Made by a program: the position numbers and the translations under genes. DNA of 64,000 nt from Gnetum montanum (Eukaryota > Plantae > Gnetophyta): assembly GCA_015680685.1 (NCBI GenBank), contig MNCI01003125.1, forward strand, positions 100,923 to 164,922. The letters are read 5' to 3'. The notes under the pieces were generated by a model. The model worked only from the letters and a program-made list of their open reading frames with translations. It did no database searches and was not told where the DNA came from. Positions 50,324 to 63,875 of this stretch are shown here, piece after piece; within the stretch, counting starts at the first letter, position 1, and each line of letters begins with the position of its first letter.

Positions 50324-51809
50324 TGGAACACCCTAAAATTTTGAAGGCATCCATGCTCCACTAGGCCCTTGAAATTCACGCAGTGCCATGGTAGTTCTTC
50401 AAGAGATGGATGCTCTGATGTTCAGACTGTCTAGTTCAGCAAGTTTTCTACCCCTGGTGTCAACAAGCTAGATGGATTCTCTAGCTTGCCCACCTAAGTA
50501 GTTCACCTAGCCGACCGTGCACTTAAGAGAGATGCATGGAATTGTTGGCAGTGCTCAAAACGTGCAAAATGCTTCAGCAAGTTTTCTAAGTCAAGGAGTT
50601 TTGCTACGCTACACTACGCTATGTAGCACAGGAGACTTCAGAAGAAGTTTGTAGAAGTGAAGTGCTACATTTTACTATCCTACGTAGTGTAGCATAACGT
50701 AGCAAAAGCTAGACGGTCAATCCCCTCACCTGACTTCAAGTCCTTTAGCAATGTCTCCTTCTATCAGAAAGCAGCGAACTTGGCAAAAAGTAGGCCATGT
50801 TGGCTGCTACACTACACTGAGCTACATGGCATAGTGAGGTGTAGTAATTCTATGAAAGTGATAGAAGGAAACTCAAAGGGCGGGATCAGCAAGTTCACAA
50901 GTTTCGTAGTGCAAAAGGCAAAGTTTGCAAATTGGTGACGTTTTTGCGACTAAGGCCAGTTGCTATGCTATTCTATGCTACGTAGCATAGCGTAGCATAA
51001 CAAATATATAATAAAAAGTTAGTGTGCTTCAAAGGCTTCCAACAGATGCAATGAGACGCGTAATGAGTTGCTACGCTATGCCAACATGCTACACTAGAAA
51101 GCATAGCACAGCATAGCAAGTAGTTACGCCACATCAATGCACTTCACCTAATTGCATCATTGGCACACATCTCCAAACTTTAACTATGCAATTACGGCAT
51201 GGAAAGATTGTAATTACAGCGTGGTAGGCTTGTAATTATAATGGTCATGCATGTCCTTGTAGTGTAGACAAGTCAATGCAGGCCCAAGGCATGTGGCATT
51301 TAAATTGCCCCTTTCACATGCCCTTGACCCTATAAATACCCCAATGAGCAATGCTAAAAGGGGTTCGGTTTTGGGTCTTTTTGACAAAAAACACTAGTAG
51401 TAGGTTGGTCTATTGGCCAGTTGGTGATTTGATCAACTGGCAAGCAAAAGTTAACATTGCATTCCTGAGCATTGTAAACATCTTGTTTGACACTGCAAAT
51501 AGTTGGCACTCTTGTTTTGGTATTTTTTTCTGCTCTTTCCTGCTATCCTCATAGCATTGTAAATTGTTGATTCCTGAGTCTCTGTTTAAGAATATAGTTG
51601 TCTTGCTCTGGACATCCTGGTTACCTTTGGGATCTTTGCACCTCCCAGCATCGTGTAACCAATTGTATCCACCTTGATAGAGTGAAGTCATAATCTTGAA
51701 GTAGTGCATTTTCCTAACTACATTTTACTTTGCTTTCTTGATTATCATTGCATTTTTACATTGTTTTCTATCCCTCTTGCATTTGAAGTTATCATTTTAT
51801 GCTAGAGGT
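50324..51809 (+). repeat. 3' LTR of C, 3'-truncated by ~190 bp
   Basis: Reverse complement of the LTR of A; TATA ctataaatacccc at ~51330; homology ends at gctagaggt. Confidence 0.92.
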
Positions 51810-51872
51810 TCAGGCAACATGAAGCCCTTACTCTGTGCAACATGAGCAGTATAACTTACTCTGTCTCAAGTT

Positions 51873-52109
51873 TTGGCCTAGCAACATGAGCAATATAACT
51901 TACTCTGTGCAAAGGTTTAGGAAAACCTACCTTTGGATGTGCACAAATTCGAAGATAAACATAGCTTCGAGTTTGCTTACTACAATGGGAAGGAGTTTGT
52001 TCCCACTCCTAATGCTTCCATACCTTTGACATAGATGAATCAATGGCTTCTAGACTAGCTAATCCACTTGGCTAGACTTAGGAAGTAGTAGGAAACAATA
52101 TCTAACCAT
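51873..52109 (+). pseudogene. gag: Isolated 5' gag fragment of the A/C family
   Basis: Matches the reverse complement of A ~17215-17450 and also 1017-1137. Confidence 0.85.
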
Positions 52110-53075
52110 ATTTCATTATGAGGATGGCTTTAGTGTAGCCTGTGGTGATGAGCATCACATCTCTTGAAGCAACTATAGCTGTAATAAAGGTAAAAACATT
52201 ATTAATATCATGCAAAGGTAAATCAACAAGCATATGTAAGAAGTCAAAATGATAAATTCTTATATGGAACAAATGACATGTGAGATGGAGCTGGTGATGT
52301 AAGAAGCTCCTCAAGGTTGAGTTCACCACCAACCCATTCCTTGTCAAGCTAATCATAGGTCTTGCACAACCTAAATTCCTTTATGTAGTAGATAGGGTAA
52401 TCATTTAGATCAACTCACAACTACTCTAGGATGGCCTCCCAAATTTTCAAACTAGAGGAGAACACCTCTAGGGAAATACAAGTCAAGGAAAGAGCCTTGT
52501 CCTCATCATGGAGACCCTGGTCATCAACTTTGAATCTAGCATTAAGAATGAGCAGTAAGTGGTTAGCAAACTTAGCATGAACCAATAGCAAAAAATATAA
52601 TGCAAAAATCATAGGAGCACTTACCCTCCAATGTAGTATACCATTCTAGATGGATTTTGGAAGAAGGTATGCATGCGCAGAGAAACAAAGAGGATGTTGA
52701 TCTTGTTGTAGCAAGAGAACTTTGGCATTTGCCAAATCTTGGATAAGGGATGAGTGCCCCTAGGGCCTTAGCCCAAACCATGTGCTCTATCATCACTGTT
52801 AGTGGGCTCATTGGACATAAATCTCAATATGTATTGGTTGGCCTTGGGTAGCAATGTCTTAGTGATGACAGTCATAGCCTCCACTACTAAGTATGATTAC
52901 ATCATCAGACTAAAGTGCTATAACAGAAACTCTAGGAACTCACGTGCTCCTAGTTGGAATGACACTACCTGATAACCCACCCACATATTTGGCATAGGCA
53001 TGTTGGGCATCAGCTCACTCTTGTAACAGAGAATGTGAATAAGGTCCATAACAACTAGGATGGGCTTTAGTAACA
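52110..53075 (-). pseudogene. Antisense accessory gene of diverged element D (FCP1-like exon and following exon)
   Basis: PILVVMDLIHILCY..SFQLGAREFLEFLL*HFS..IWQMPKFSCYNKINILFV..FFQNPSRMVYYIG|gtaagt; intron 52536-52624; next exon GFKVDDQGLHDE. Confidence 0.78.
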
Positions 53076-55260
53076 CTTTGCAACTGCAAAAGCAACATAC
53101 AAAGCATTAGTATACACTAGATACAAAAATACTTTAAATTAAACTTAGAAAAAATTAGAATGAAACAACATAGGTTAACAAAAATATCTTAAGGCCCTTA
53201 TGGCCTCACAGGTATAGGATGTCAACATATACATTTGATGCACCTGGTATTCACTAGGGCATAGCATGTTTCACATAGCATTAGCATTTTGTTCCACATG
53301 TTTGCATATTTAGTGTTATAGATTGCATGTTTTGGCAATTTAGCATTAGCATTAGCATTTTACATTTCAAAAGCTTACCATTTTACATAGAATTTTTTAA
53401 TTTTTTTCTAAATTTGGATAGTGTAGTTTGGAAAACTACAAAAAAGAAATTCTAACTCTTGGTTACCCCTTGGAGGAGCAGAGTCTAGAAAAATGTAAAT
53501 ATTTCAAATTCTAACTCATATTGACTATGCTTTGGAGACTGCAGAGTGTATTCATAGTTTGAAAATAAATTATAACTACCAGCTACACTCCCCCCCTCCC
53601 CCAAAAAAACTAATTGGCCACATGTACTAAGCGTTAGCCACAGCTATGGCCCCTACAACCACACCAACAATGTTGTCGCATGTCACACCGCTTGCTTTGC
53701 CTAGTCAAAAAATAGAGGGTGCAGAAAACATGCCCTTGGGCCCTACATCTCCCCTTAGACCTTGCCATGCCAAGGTGAAACACACAATGCCCCCATGCCT
53801 TAGTTTACATAACCCTCGTTCATGTGTTCATAGGGAAAATAAGATTGTGGAAATTGTAAAAACATGGTAGAAACCCTTTGCTACATCCCTATCCCATGGC
53901 CTATCATATTGGCTATTGTTGATGCTCTCATCCTTGTCCTTGCCTTGCACCTAAAATTTTTAAAATTCTAAAAACAAAAAAAAATGATAGTCCCCTACTA
54001 CAACCTTGCCTTATAGTGAGACACTCGTGGTGACCACCAACACCTACTCCCATCCTGTGCACAAAAAAAAACACAAAAATAATTGCAAAAAATCATCACA
54101 CCTTAGCCTCGTAGGTGGTAGCCCTAAGGTAGCCACCAAACCCTAATCCCCTACCTTATGCAAAAAATCCCTTAAAATAGAAAAAAAATTGTAGAGCCCA
54201 CTACCATGCCCTTTGACCCTATGGATGGAAGCTATTGGTAGTCACTATTTAGACCTAAATTCCTACCCATGTGATGAAAAAGAATTTTTAGAAACAAATT
54301 TTTTTTAAAAAAACCCTATGTAGGCCTATGGCCTTCTCATCTATGGCAATGTAGGCTACTGTAGTGGCCATGACCTTCACTTTGTCCTTGTTGCACAAAA
54401 AGCCCACACTCATCAAAACCCCCATCCAACCTCAAACCCATCATAAAAACTAGAAATCCTTTTCCCATGCATGTGCATGCCCTCCTTGGCTATAGCATCT
54501 ATAATGTCCATGGCAGCGGTGGACCTTGCCATAGCAAGGTGCCATCAAAACTAAGCCCCAAACCCTAAAAGAAATGATCAAAGTAAGGCAAAGAAAAATG
54601 AAATAGGGGGAGCATAGTTAGGGTACTTGGTGGATGGTGGTGCCCTCTGTTCCTCCACATGTGCCACAATAGGCATCCCAGTGCTTGCTCTCCCTCATCC
54701 ATGTTGGTCAGTCCAAGGTGTTGGCATCCAATTTGGCATGACATTCTAGTGACTATGCTCTTCCAACTATGCTATACTCTAAAAAGTTTGCATTTTCAAC
54801 TTTGACAATGATAAATTTACTTAAGGTGAAATGCACTTTTATATTCCCTAGGACCACTTAATGTTTCACTAACCCGAAGACTATGCTCAACAGTGCGAAG
54901 CATAGTTGGGTGAGAGCATAATCACCAGACTTAGAAAATTTCTTGATTTTTCTGGCCATCCTAGACTTAGAAAAATTTTATATTTTTCTCATTGCCTAGT
55001 GAATGCCCAGTCTAACTTTGCATCCCAAGTGCTCTCTACCTTGCTTAAATATGCATCTAGCACATATAATAGTTTGCTAAGACCTTAAATTGGCATCCAT
55101 CACTTACCAAGGCCAAAAACTAGCCCATGCATTTCTTACTTTTTTAACATCATATGTGCATATTTAGGAAAAATTTTATTACATTGTTTTTCTTCATTTT
55201 TATGCATATTGCTCTTGCTAACATAGGTGTAGCTTGACATTTTTCTAGTTGTCTTTGTAG

Positions 55261-58200
55261 GATTTCGGTAGGATTTTTATCATGACTATGTTTGAGCATC
55301 TTCACTCACCTCTAGTCCTCATTGGTCCCCATGATGATTTCATGTGATTCATTGACCTACAATGCCTAGACCTTAAGCCCATAGCCTATGATGAATACAT
55401 AACATCTGTAGAGGCACTACTAGACTAGCCTTACCATCTAGTTAGGGCTCTAGATCTAGAGGTAGGTAATGTCATTGAGGATTTCCTCATTGAAATCCTT
55501 GTAGCAACACCTAGTGGTGAGGCAAAGGCATTGAAACTTAGTTCTTTTCTAGAGCCTCAACATGTCCAAAATTTTAAAAAAATACTTAATGAAAACATCA
55601 AGGCATTCACATGCTCTTACGAAGACATGCCATGCCTAAATCTTTTTGTAGTGTAGCACAACATAATCATTGATCCTAGCATAAAACTAGTTAAGAAAAA
55701 AGCTCACAAGTCTATGCCTGAGGTGGCATTGGTAGTCCATGATGAAATTACTAGGCTCTACAAAGTTGGGCTCATCTAGGCCATTGACTATGTAGACTGG
55801 GTCTCCAACATCATGGTTGTACCCAAGAAAAATAAAAGTATACATATTTGCATAGACTTCTAGGACCTTAATAAGGAAACCATTAAAGATGACTTCCCAT
55901 TTCCTAGTATTGATCAATTGATCGATACTACGGCTGGTCATACCTTATTATTCTTCATGGATGGGTTGTTGGGTTACAACTAGATTCACATCAACCTAGA
56001 GCACTAGCTTAGTACTACCTTTATGACCCCTTGGGGTACATTCTATTATACAATGATGTCCTTTGGACTTAAGAATGTAGGAGTGACTTATCAACAAGCC
56101 ATGATGTACATTTTTAGTGACTAGTTATTAGGTTTGCTCAATGATTACATTGATGACATAGTAGTTACGTATAAAGTAGCACATAACCATGTAGATGACT
56201 TGGGCCTTGTACTCAAATGTTTTCTGAAGCATAAACTTAGGTTAAATTCTAAGAAATGTGTATTCAGCCTCAAGATATGCTAAAGGCTAGGTTTCATAGT
56301 ATCCAAGGTAGGCACACATGTAGACCCTACTAAGGTCAAGGCCATTATCAACTTAGCACCATTGGCTAACCTTAAGGAGCTATGAGGGTTACAAGGTAGA
56401 TTACAATTTATATGTAGGTTTGTTCAATTGTTGACTAACAAGTTATAGCTAATGAGACACTTACTTAAAAAGGGGTTCACTTTGAGTGGATGGTTTAATG
56501 CTAATAGACATTTGACAACCTTAATCAAGAGCTAGCTCAACTTCCAATGGTCTACCCTTTGCAGGGAGATAAACCTTTCTACATCTACCTTGCTATCTTT
56601 GACACATCCATCACTTCTTTGCTTTGCAAAAAGTGAGACAATGGTATAGAGGACTTAGTATACTACCTAAGCCATGCATTAATTTCCTATGAAGTAAAGT
56701 ATAACAATGTGAAAAAGAATTGCCTCACCTTAGTCTTCACACTTAAGAAGTGGAGGCATTATCTTTTCTACAGCCAAGTCAATATCATTTGCAAGAGCAA
56801 TGTACTCCAAGAAATTACAATGAACATCTACAAAAGCAATTGCATTGCATATTGGAAAGTAATAATTATGGAGTTTGACTTGCATTACATTGCACACACA
56901 TCAACCAAAGGTCATGTAATAGCCACACAACTTATGGATTCCCCAATCGATGATCAAGTAGTAATAGATGTAGAATTTTTGGATGAGCATGTCACTAGCA
57001 TAAGTTTAGTGTTCTCCACTTGGGAGATCTGATCCTTTGCATATTATTTTACATTTCAATGCACTAACAATGTGGTAGAGTATGAAGGTCTCCTCTAGGG
57101 TATCTTAGTAGCTCATGACCTAGGAATACAAAAGCTAGTAATTCAAGGTGATTTGCAGTTGGTTGTCAACCAAGTCATATAGGTTTACACTTGCAAAGCC
57201 AAACATTTGTAACCTTACTATGACTTAGAAAAGCACTTGCTTAAAGAATTTTCAACTACTGATGTTTAGCATATCCCATGCAATGAAAATGCCATTGTCG
57301 ATGCCTTAGTGATGTTAGCCTTAAGCATTGCACTTGATATGTTTCACGCATTGTCCACCTTAGTGGTGGACTACACTGTGCCTATTACACATAAAATAGA
57401 AATTACATCCATAGCCATAGTAAGCACAACCCATGCAATAGAGTGGAATGACAACATTAAGGTGTACCTTGTATAGGGTGAACCTCTATAGCATCTAACC
57501 ACTGCCCAAAAGGATGTGGTGTGAAAGTGATCATGATAGTACATCATTGTGGGTGATTGCACATTGCGTCACAAATCCTATGATGAGATACTATTGACCT
57601 ATGTTAGAAACATTAAAGCATAGATAATCATGGAACAAGTCTAGAAGGGACTGTGTAGAGGCCATATAACACCTAGGGAAATCGTGGCAAAGATTAGATG
57701 CTTAGGTTACTATTGGCCTTACATGAAGCATGATTGCTTCTCCGAGGTCAATATGTGCAACACTTGTTAATGACATGGTTACTTAATGCATGTGCCAGCA
57801 ACTGAACTACATAAAACATAGATCATGTGGCCATTCCAACACTGGAAGTTAGACATCAAAGGGTCAATAACACCTAAGTCTTCTATAGGACATAGTTTCA
57901 TTATAACTACAATTGAGTATTTTACAAAGTGCGTTGAGGCTATTTTCCTTAGGAAGAATACATTGTAGTAGGTCTACAAAGTTTTACTTGATAACATAGT
58001 AATCCATTTTGGTTTACCCATGACCATAGTCACAAAAAATGGGTCATGGTTTAGCAGTGTTGAAACCAAAGCCTTTTGTGAGTGCTTCGAAATCAAACAT
58101 TTCTTTTTGTTGCCTTACTAACCATAGGAAAATGGCCAAGTAGATACCATAAAGAAGGTCATCATCAATCTTCTAAAAAAGATTCTTAGCAGCTGTAGAT

Positions 58201-58572
58201 TGTGATGGCATGAGCAACTGATCTATCCACTCTAGGCCTACTACACAACATGTAGAATTGCAATAGTTAAGATACCATATAGCTTGGTTTACAAGTTTGA
58301 ATCAATCTTGCCTCTTGAATTGTAGGTCCCATCACTTTGAGTAATCCTATCAAGCTTCATCAATGAGGTTCAAAATGACAAGTTTAGGACCATGGACCTC
58401 GATTCAATAGAGAAGGAGCACATGTTGACAGTTGATTGTATCAAGTGGTACCAACAAATGCAATGGCAAAAGCACTACCACAATCAACACCAATGCCTAA
58501 TCAAGAAAGGGGACCTAGTCCTAAAGGCTATTTGTAAACATGCAAACAAATTCTCAACCAACTAGGAAGGCC
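55261..58572 (+). pseudogene. pol: pol of element D (older, diverged Tat family member; INT C-terminus and aRH N-terminus deleted)
   Basis: DWVSNIMVVPKK, KDDFPFPSIDQLID, NDYIDD, LKKWRHY, TNNVVEYEGL, GDLQLVVNQV, integrase core; preceded by gtctttgtag acceptor-like site. Confidence 0.9.
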
Positions 58573-59099
58573 TAAAACTGGCAACACGTGGCCTGCTAAG
58601 GCCTTAAACTGGTGGCTTGATAAGGCCTTAAGTTAAAAATACCTTTATAATATATTTCTTATTTAACTTTTTTATAGCTATTATGCCTTATTTTAAATTT
58701 TATTTGCATAATTAGTTTACATTTTACTTTACCAACTATTGTCCTATAGTGTTATGTTTCATTAATGTAGCTATGTAACATGAATAAACCTTAGAATACA
58801 TAAGATGCATAAAACTACAAATGCTATAACATATAAGAAAAATTAAAATTTTAAAATAAAAAATAATTATAATAAAATTGTCCATAATCCACAGCCATAG
58901 CCACATAATATAATGAAAGTTCAATAACAAATGACATATAAAATAAATAAGAGTCTAATATCCATGGCTACACTGTGTACCAATAAAATAAGTAAAAACA
59001 AAAAATATCATAATAACTAATGGCTAGAAATAGCTAATGAATATGAAATTTAATAACAATTACACCATAATAGCAATAACAAGAATAGCCAAGGGCATG

Positions 59100-61629
59100 A
59101 TCAAACTGGTAGAACTAAAGCATTTCTAGAGAGAGAGGAGAAGCATCATTAACGTTATCACCATTGGGGCTACTGTTGTCAATTAGTGCCTACACCAACT
59201 ACAACAAAAATAAAACAAAATAAAAAATAAAAAATATTTAATTAGTAATCTATGTAGCTAAAAGTATAATAATGAAAAAATAAAACAAAAACCAAAACAA
59301 ATACAAATTAAACTAAAGTATGTTAAAATAAAACTTAAACAAACAAAGCTTGGAAGAATTAGGTGTAACATCTTCTACAAGGAAGTTTCAATGACTAGTA
59401 TCTAAATGATGGAGAATTTGATCTTTAGTTATGTTTGTTCAATTCACTTTTCCAAAGTTAACACCTTTCAAGATGTTCCTCTCCATATTATTGGTCCATG
59501 AGGATGGCTCCCATGAAAGGGTAGTAGCAGTTGCTTCCCCTAAAGTGATCGTGATTTGAGGAGTAGGGGAATTGGAAATGACCAAAGAGCCTTGAAGTAG
59601 ATTGAAGGCATCCTTTTCATTGATTCCCTTTATAGACATCTCCAACTTGCAACTTCCTATGGATTCCTCCTATAGCCACTTCAAGTAACTTTCCCATTCA
59701 ACCTTGTACTTCTTCTTATGATCTTTTTGTGCTTAGCCTCATTTAAGGATCCATTTACAATAGTCCCATCATTCTTTAACCTTTCATAATAGTAGTTCTA
59801 TCTATAAATTTTGTTCAACATTGCTCCTAGCTAGAGAAACCTTACTATGGATGGAATTCCAATCATGTGACCATTTGATCTTCTTAGTTTGCAAGGGATC
59901 TCTATTAGTCACCTTAGCTTCTACAAACTCCTTGTGGTTCCTAAAGTCTATGATCTCCTTCACTTGCCATTTGGTTTCTTTTTCCAATGTTATAACTCTT
60001 TCTCGAAGGAATTTGTTGGAGTGTTGGCATTCCCATGAAGTCCTAACACATGAGAATAGAAATTTAGTGGCACTATCGTATAACCTTCATGGAACATTCT
60101 CAACTATAGGTGGTAATGTAAGTAACTAATCAAGATCAATGGTGCATTCAGGATTCCATCCAACCTTGGACATTACAAATAATATAATAAAAAAATAATA
60201 AATACTTAAAAATGGTAAACAAAAAAATAGCCAAAAATACTTTTAAAATTTGAAATCATAAAACCATAAAACTTAAAACACCATGAAATCAACAAATGAA
60301 AAAAAATGCATAAACAACAAAATAAGTTAGACAAAGCATGCTAGAGTTCTTACCAACATCAACAACAATCTATTGTAACTGATGAATCTTTTTTTTGGCC
60401 ATGCCACACATAAACTCAGTTTTGTAATGAACCTCCACCCATGGTTTCATATGAAACATAGAAGTAGATGCCTCTTGATGAGGTTTAGTTGTTGTAATAG
60501 GTATGGCCATCAACTAAAGGAGTTAAAACAAACTCCAACATGAAATTGTAAGATACAACAGGTAAGAAAAAATGCATAAGTACCTAGAGGACCATACAAG
60601 ATGATGATGGGAGGTTCACCAAACTATAAATCCTCAAATATGGCATTAAAGACATCCAATGTGGCATTGGACAACCCCTCATGCTCATGCCATTGTAGAG
60701 CCTCCTCTAGGAATTTTTGTTCCACCTTTGTTGGCATTACCTAGGCTAGCTGTTCTTGTTGCTTACCTACAAGAACAATGAAGAAAAAACATAGAATGAG
60801 TTAGCATATTTTTTCTTCAATAAAAAATAACATAATCATGTAACATAAAACATACATGCAAAATATCTTAAATAAAAAAAATGCAAAAACATACCTATAA
60901 CTACATTATGTGCCTGGCCAAGTTTGATGAGGAGCCTCTTCTATACTAGCTTCTCAACTATAGGTGTAATCTTCTCCATCATAGGCCTCTTCAACTTTAC
61001 TCTAGTTGCATCGTCAGCCTCTGAACATAATTCCTTGGCCTTCTTAGTGCTTTCATGAGTAACTTGGAATTCAATCCTTATGTTGTTAGGGGAAGGATAA
61101 CATGCATCACTAAATCTCCTAGTGGTAATAGACATCAACTCCCCCATATGCTTAACTAGTGCATTCTTAACAATGATGTAGGTCGGTAAACTTAGAAGTG
61201 GGGTGGGATGAATAAGTTACTCAAATAAAAACTTAAACAAACAAAGCATACAAAAAACTTACATGGTTTCCCAACTTGGGTACTCCACACTTAGAGGGTA
61301 GATCATGAGCACATATCCTAACTTTTTTCCTCTCAAAATGTGGTTGAACGGTCCACATCCTGTATAGTCATCAAGCCTTACTTTAGAGTGTTGTATCCTG
61401 CACAAATCACTTAACCCTAAAAAGTCTTGTTAGGCTTGAAAATGTGGTTTTAAGGCTTCCACAACCTTTACAATGTTAAGCTTCACACTGGACTGTTGTA
61501 CTGTAGCACCAACAACTCAGTCTTCCAAGATCCTAACAAGCTCAATTACATCAATCCCATACAGTAACAAGAACAAGAATTATAAGGAATAATTACAACT
61601 CAATTTGCTGATCCTTGCACAATTAGGTT
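59100..61629 (-). pseudogene. Degenerate spliced gene, possibly Ulp1/C48 protease-like N-terminal part plus coiled-coil C-terminus; probably TE-borne
   Basis: T-rich introns with minus-strand donors (gtaag ~61262, gtatg ~60895, gtaag ~60353); exon 61263-61620 reads VVIIPYN..(Y/H)(C/W)MGIDV...RLDDYTGCGPF after one frameshift; K/E-rich frames at 59440-59990. Confidence 0.4.
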
Positions 61630-62670
61630 TGTAACGACGGAAAACGTCGGCAGCTGGAAATACCGATCGAGATTCCGCGTACACAGTTTTTACCACGGAT
61701 CCGCGCGAGGGCTAAGCTGGAAAAACGAATCCGCGGTGCCCTGAACGGTCTTGTCGATCAGACAGGGACTTACGGGTCAGTAAAACAATGATAATTGTAG
61801 ATCGACCGCAAAACGGTGGGATAACAATGTGTGTGGACCACCGCGAAGATGACGCCGAAATACCGAGAAGATGCAAATCGGGAGCAGAAAATCGTGCAAT
61901 TTACGAAGATCAAAGATCTATGTTCCAATGCCAAATGGAATATATGATTGGATGTATACAATGTTACAATGGGAGGAAATTCCCAACAAACTGAGTACAA
62001 AAATGAGCACAAAACAGCAAGAAAACTGTCTAGACAGAACAACGGATCTACCTTTTGGACCAAGGCCTAGATGCAGAAATGGTCAAGCAATTTCCGTTCC
62101 GCTTCTCGGCTTCAGATAGATCTGCTGCTAGGAGCTCCTGCATGCTGTGTTCTATTGCTGCTGAAGAATGATGTCTGCGGCCAAGAGGTTGCTCTTGTTT
62201 CTCTGTTTCAGGGCAATAAGTTTCCCTTGCTCAGAAAATGCTCTTGTCCTCTTGGTCTCTGTCAAAGTGCTAAGTCTGTATATTTTTCAAAAATCCCCCT
62301 TTTGTATATTTGTCAGTTGGAGTATTTATAGACCACGACATGTGAAACCCTGATGATGTGGGCCCGAATGTCGCGGGTTTCGCCGATGCGATTCTTTTAA
62401 GTCGAACTGCGACTACGCACAACACGCTTGTTCGCGTGCTGTGCGTGTAAAGAGCAGGCTCACGATAGACATGTCTCGGCTGCGTTTGCGCTCATTCGCG
62501 TTGTGTTTGCGTGTATGAGCGCAACTTTGGCGTAGCAACAACACGCTTAAGATTGTTGTACGCTCATCACGCAACTGTGCGTGACGCAGCGTAAGTGTAA
62601 CACACTCCATGCAGCTACACGCGGTGGAGTATGATCAAAGTGTAGCTTACGCTCATCACGCAGCTGTGCG
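61630..62670 (-). mobile_element. Element E: partial 3' LTR of a young related family
   Basis: tgtaacgacggaaaacgtcggcagctggaaa..gcgcgagggc..gtgccctgaac..cgatcagacagggactta parallels the A/B LTR terminus; TATA (ctataaatact on -) at 62321-62331; CpG-rich. Confidence 0.85.
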
Positions 62671-63875
62671 TTGGAATTTCTGCAGTTCCTGCTGCGTAAT
62701 TTCAGCATCATCATCTGGTCAAACGTGACCGGAGATGTTGCTGGTGCCGTTCTGGAGCACCTGTTGCCAGGGTCTTCGCAGGGGATTCTGGCCTACCTGA
62801 CAGATGGGGCGGTTGAGACGGGCAATCCCGAGGACCGAACTCTCAGCTCTCGGGGTCTGAGGAACTTGCGATGGATCTGGGACATGGAGCGTTTCAACTG
62901 CTACCACGAATACAATACGCTTTTCATGGCCCGCCATGTGTCGACATATTTCCAAAACCCGCAAGGCACAGTATTTTACGCAGGCGGGTAAGCAGATCTG
63001 GATAACTATGCCTAATGTTATAATGTATAAAGGTCTATCTGTATAATGTGGCTAAATTTACGCTGTATTTGACAGATTTTTTATACGTGATGGCCAGCTG
63101 CTCGGTGAAGGCGACACGCTGTCCTGTGCCGAAAGGGCAATAACAGAGTTCACCGTGACGAACAACGTTCGCGCCGGGGTCATCGGGCAAATCGGCCATG
63201 AGATGCGTGAGTACCACTCACGCTATGCGGAAGCCTTCCAAAAGTGCAAAGACCTCGGATGGCTGCACGAGGATTGGACACTGGATCCGCCCCTCAGCAT
63301 CGAGGACGTGGCAATTGAGCTTCTGCAATTCCCGCTGCCGTTTGGCCCCGGGAAGGCTGTTGCGTCTTTGTGTCATGCGCGTATATGTCATGCGTATATG
63401 TGACTTGTATTCTGTCTTACAGTTAGGGAATCTCAGGAGATTACCCTCACAATTTCCGGCCGCGAGGCGAGAGATGTCCTCTTCAGATATGGGGACATCA
63501 AGGAGGCGCAGCGGTGGCTTAGCCACGCGGCGGCCCCGGCTGTGGTGGTCGCCAACCTCCAGACCGCGGGGCTGCTACACCTGTTCCTGGCCACTACTCC
63601 TGACGTTCCCGCCAGTGAAATGATCGGCCTGGTGAACTCCTTCAACGTGAAGGCCGACCGCTTCAGCACGCGCGTGCATAACGTGCGTGTGAACTTCGAC
63701 ATCAACGCGCAGGTCTTTTCGGACCTATTTGGCATCCCTGCTGGTGGCCTTCCCGTGGACGTGAAGGCACAGAGGGGTGCCAAAGTGGAGGAGCTTTTGC
63801 AGGAGTGGGCGAAAATCCCTAAAGACCAGAAGGGATTCCCTTGCGAGAAATTCGCGCTGCCGACCGCCAAGACGC
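62668..63875 (+). CDS. Stop-free exons of the accessory gene in E (5'-truncated)
   Basis: Exon 62668-62987, intron 62988-63075 (GG|GTAAGC..ACAG|A), exon GFFIRDG..KCKDLGWLHEDW..LPFGP, acceptor at 63422, exon ..LFLA..VPASEMIGLVNSF..DINAQVFSDLFGIPAGG..DQKGFP; aligns with the A/B/C peptides; second donor is not canonical. Confidence 0.8.

Larger units (their letters stand above)
36296..51809 (+). mobile_element. Element C (same subfamily as A, opposite strand), main body
   Basis: gag-PR, spacer with antisense gene, pol, PPT 50311-50323, 3' LTR from 50324. Confidence 0.93.
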
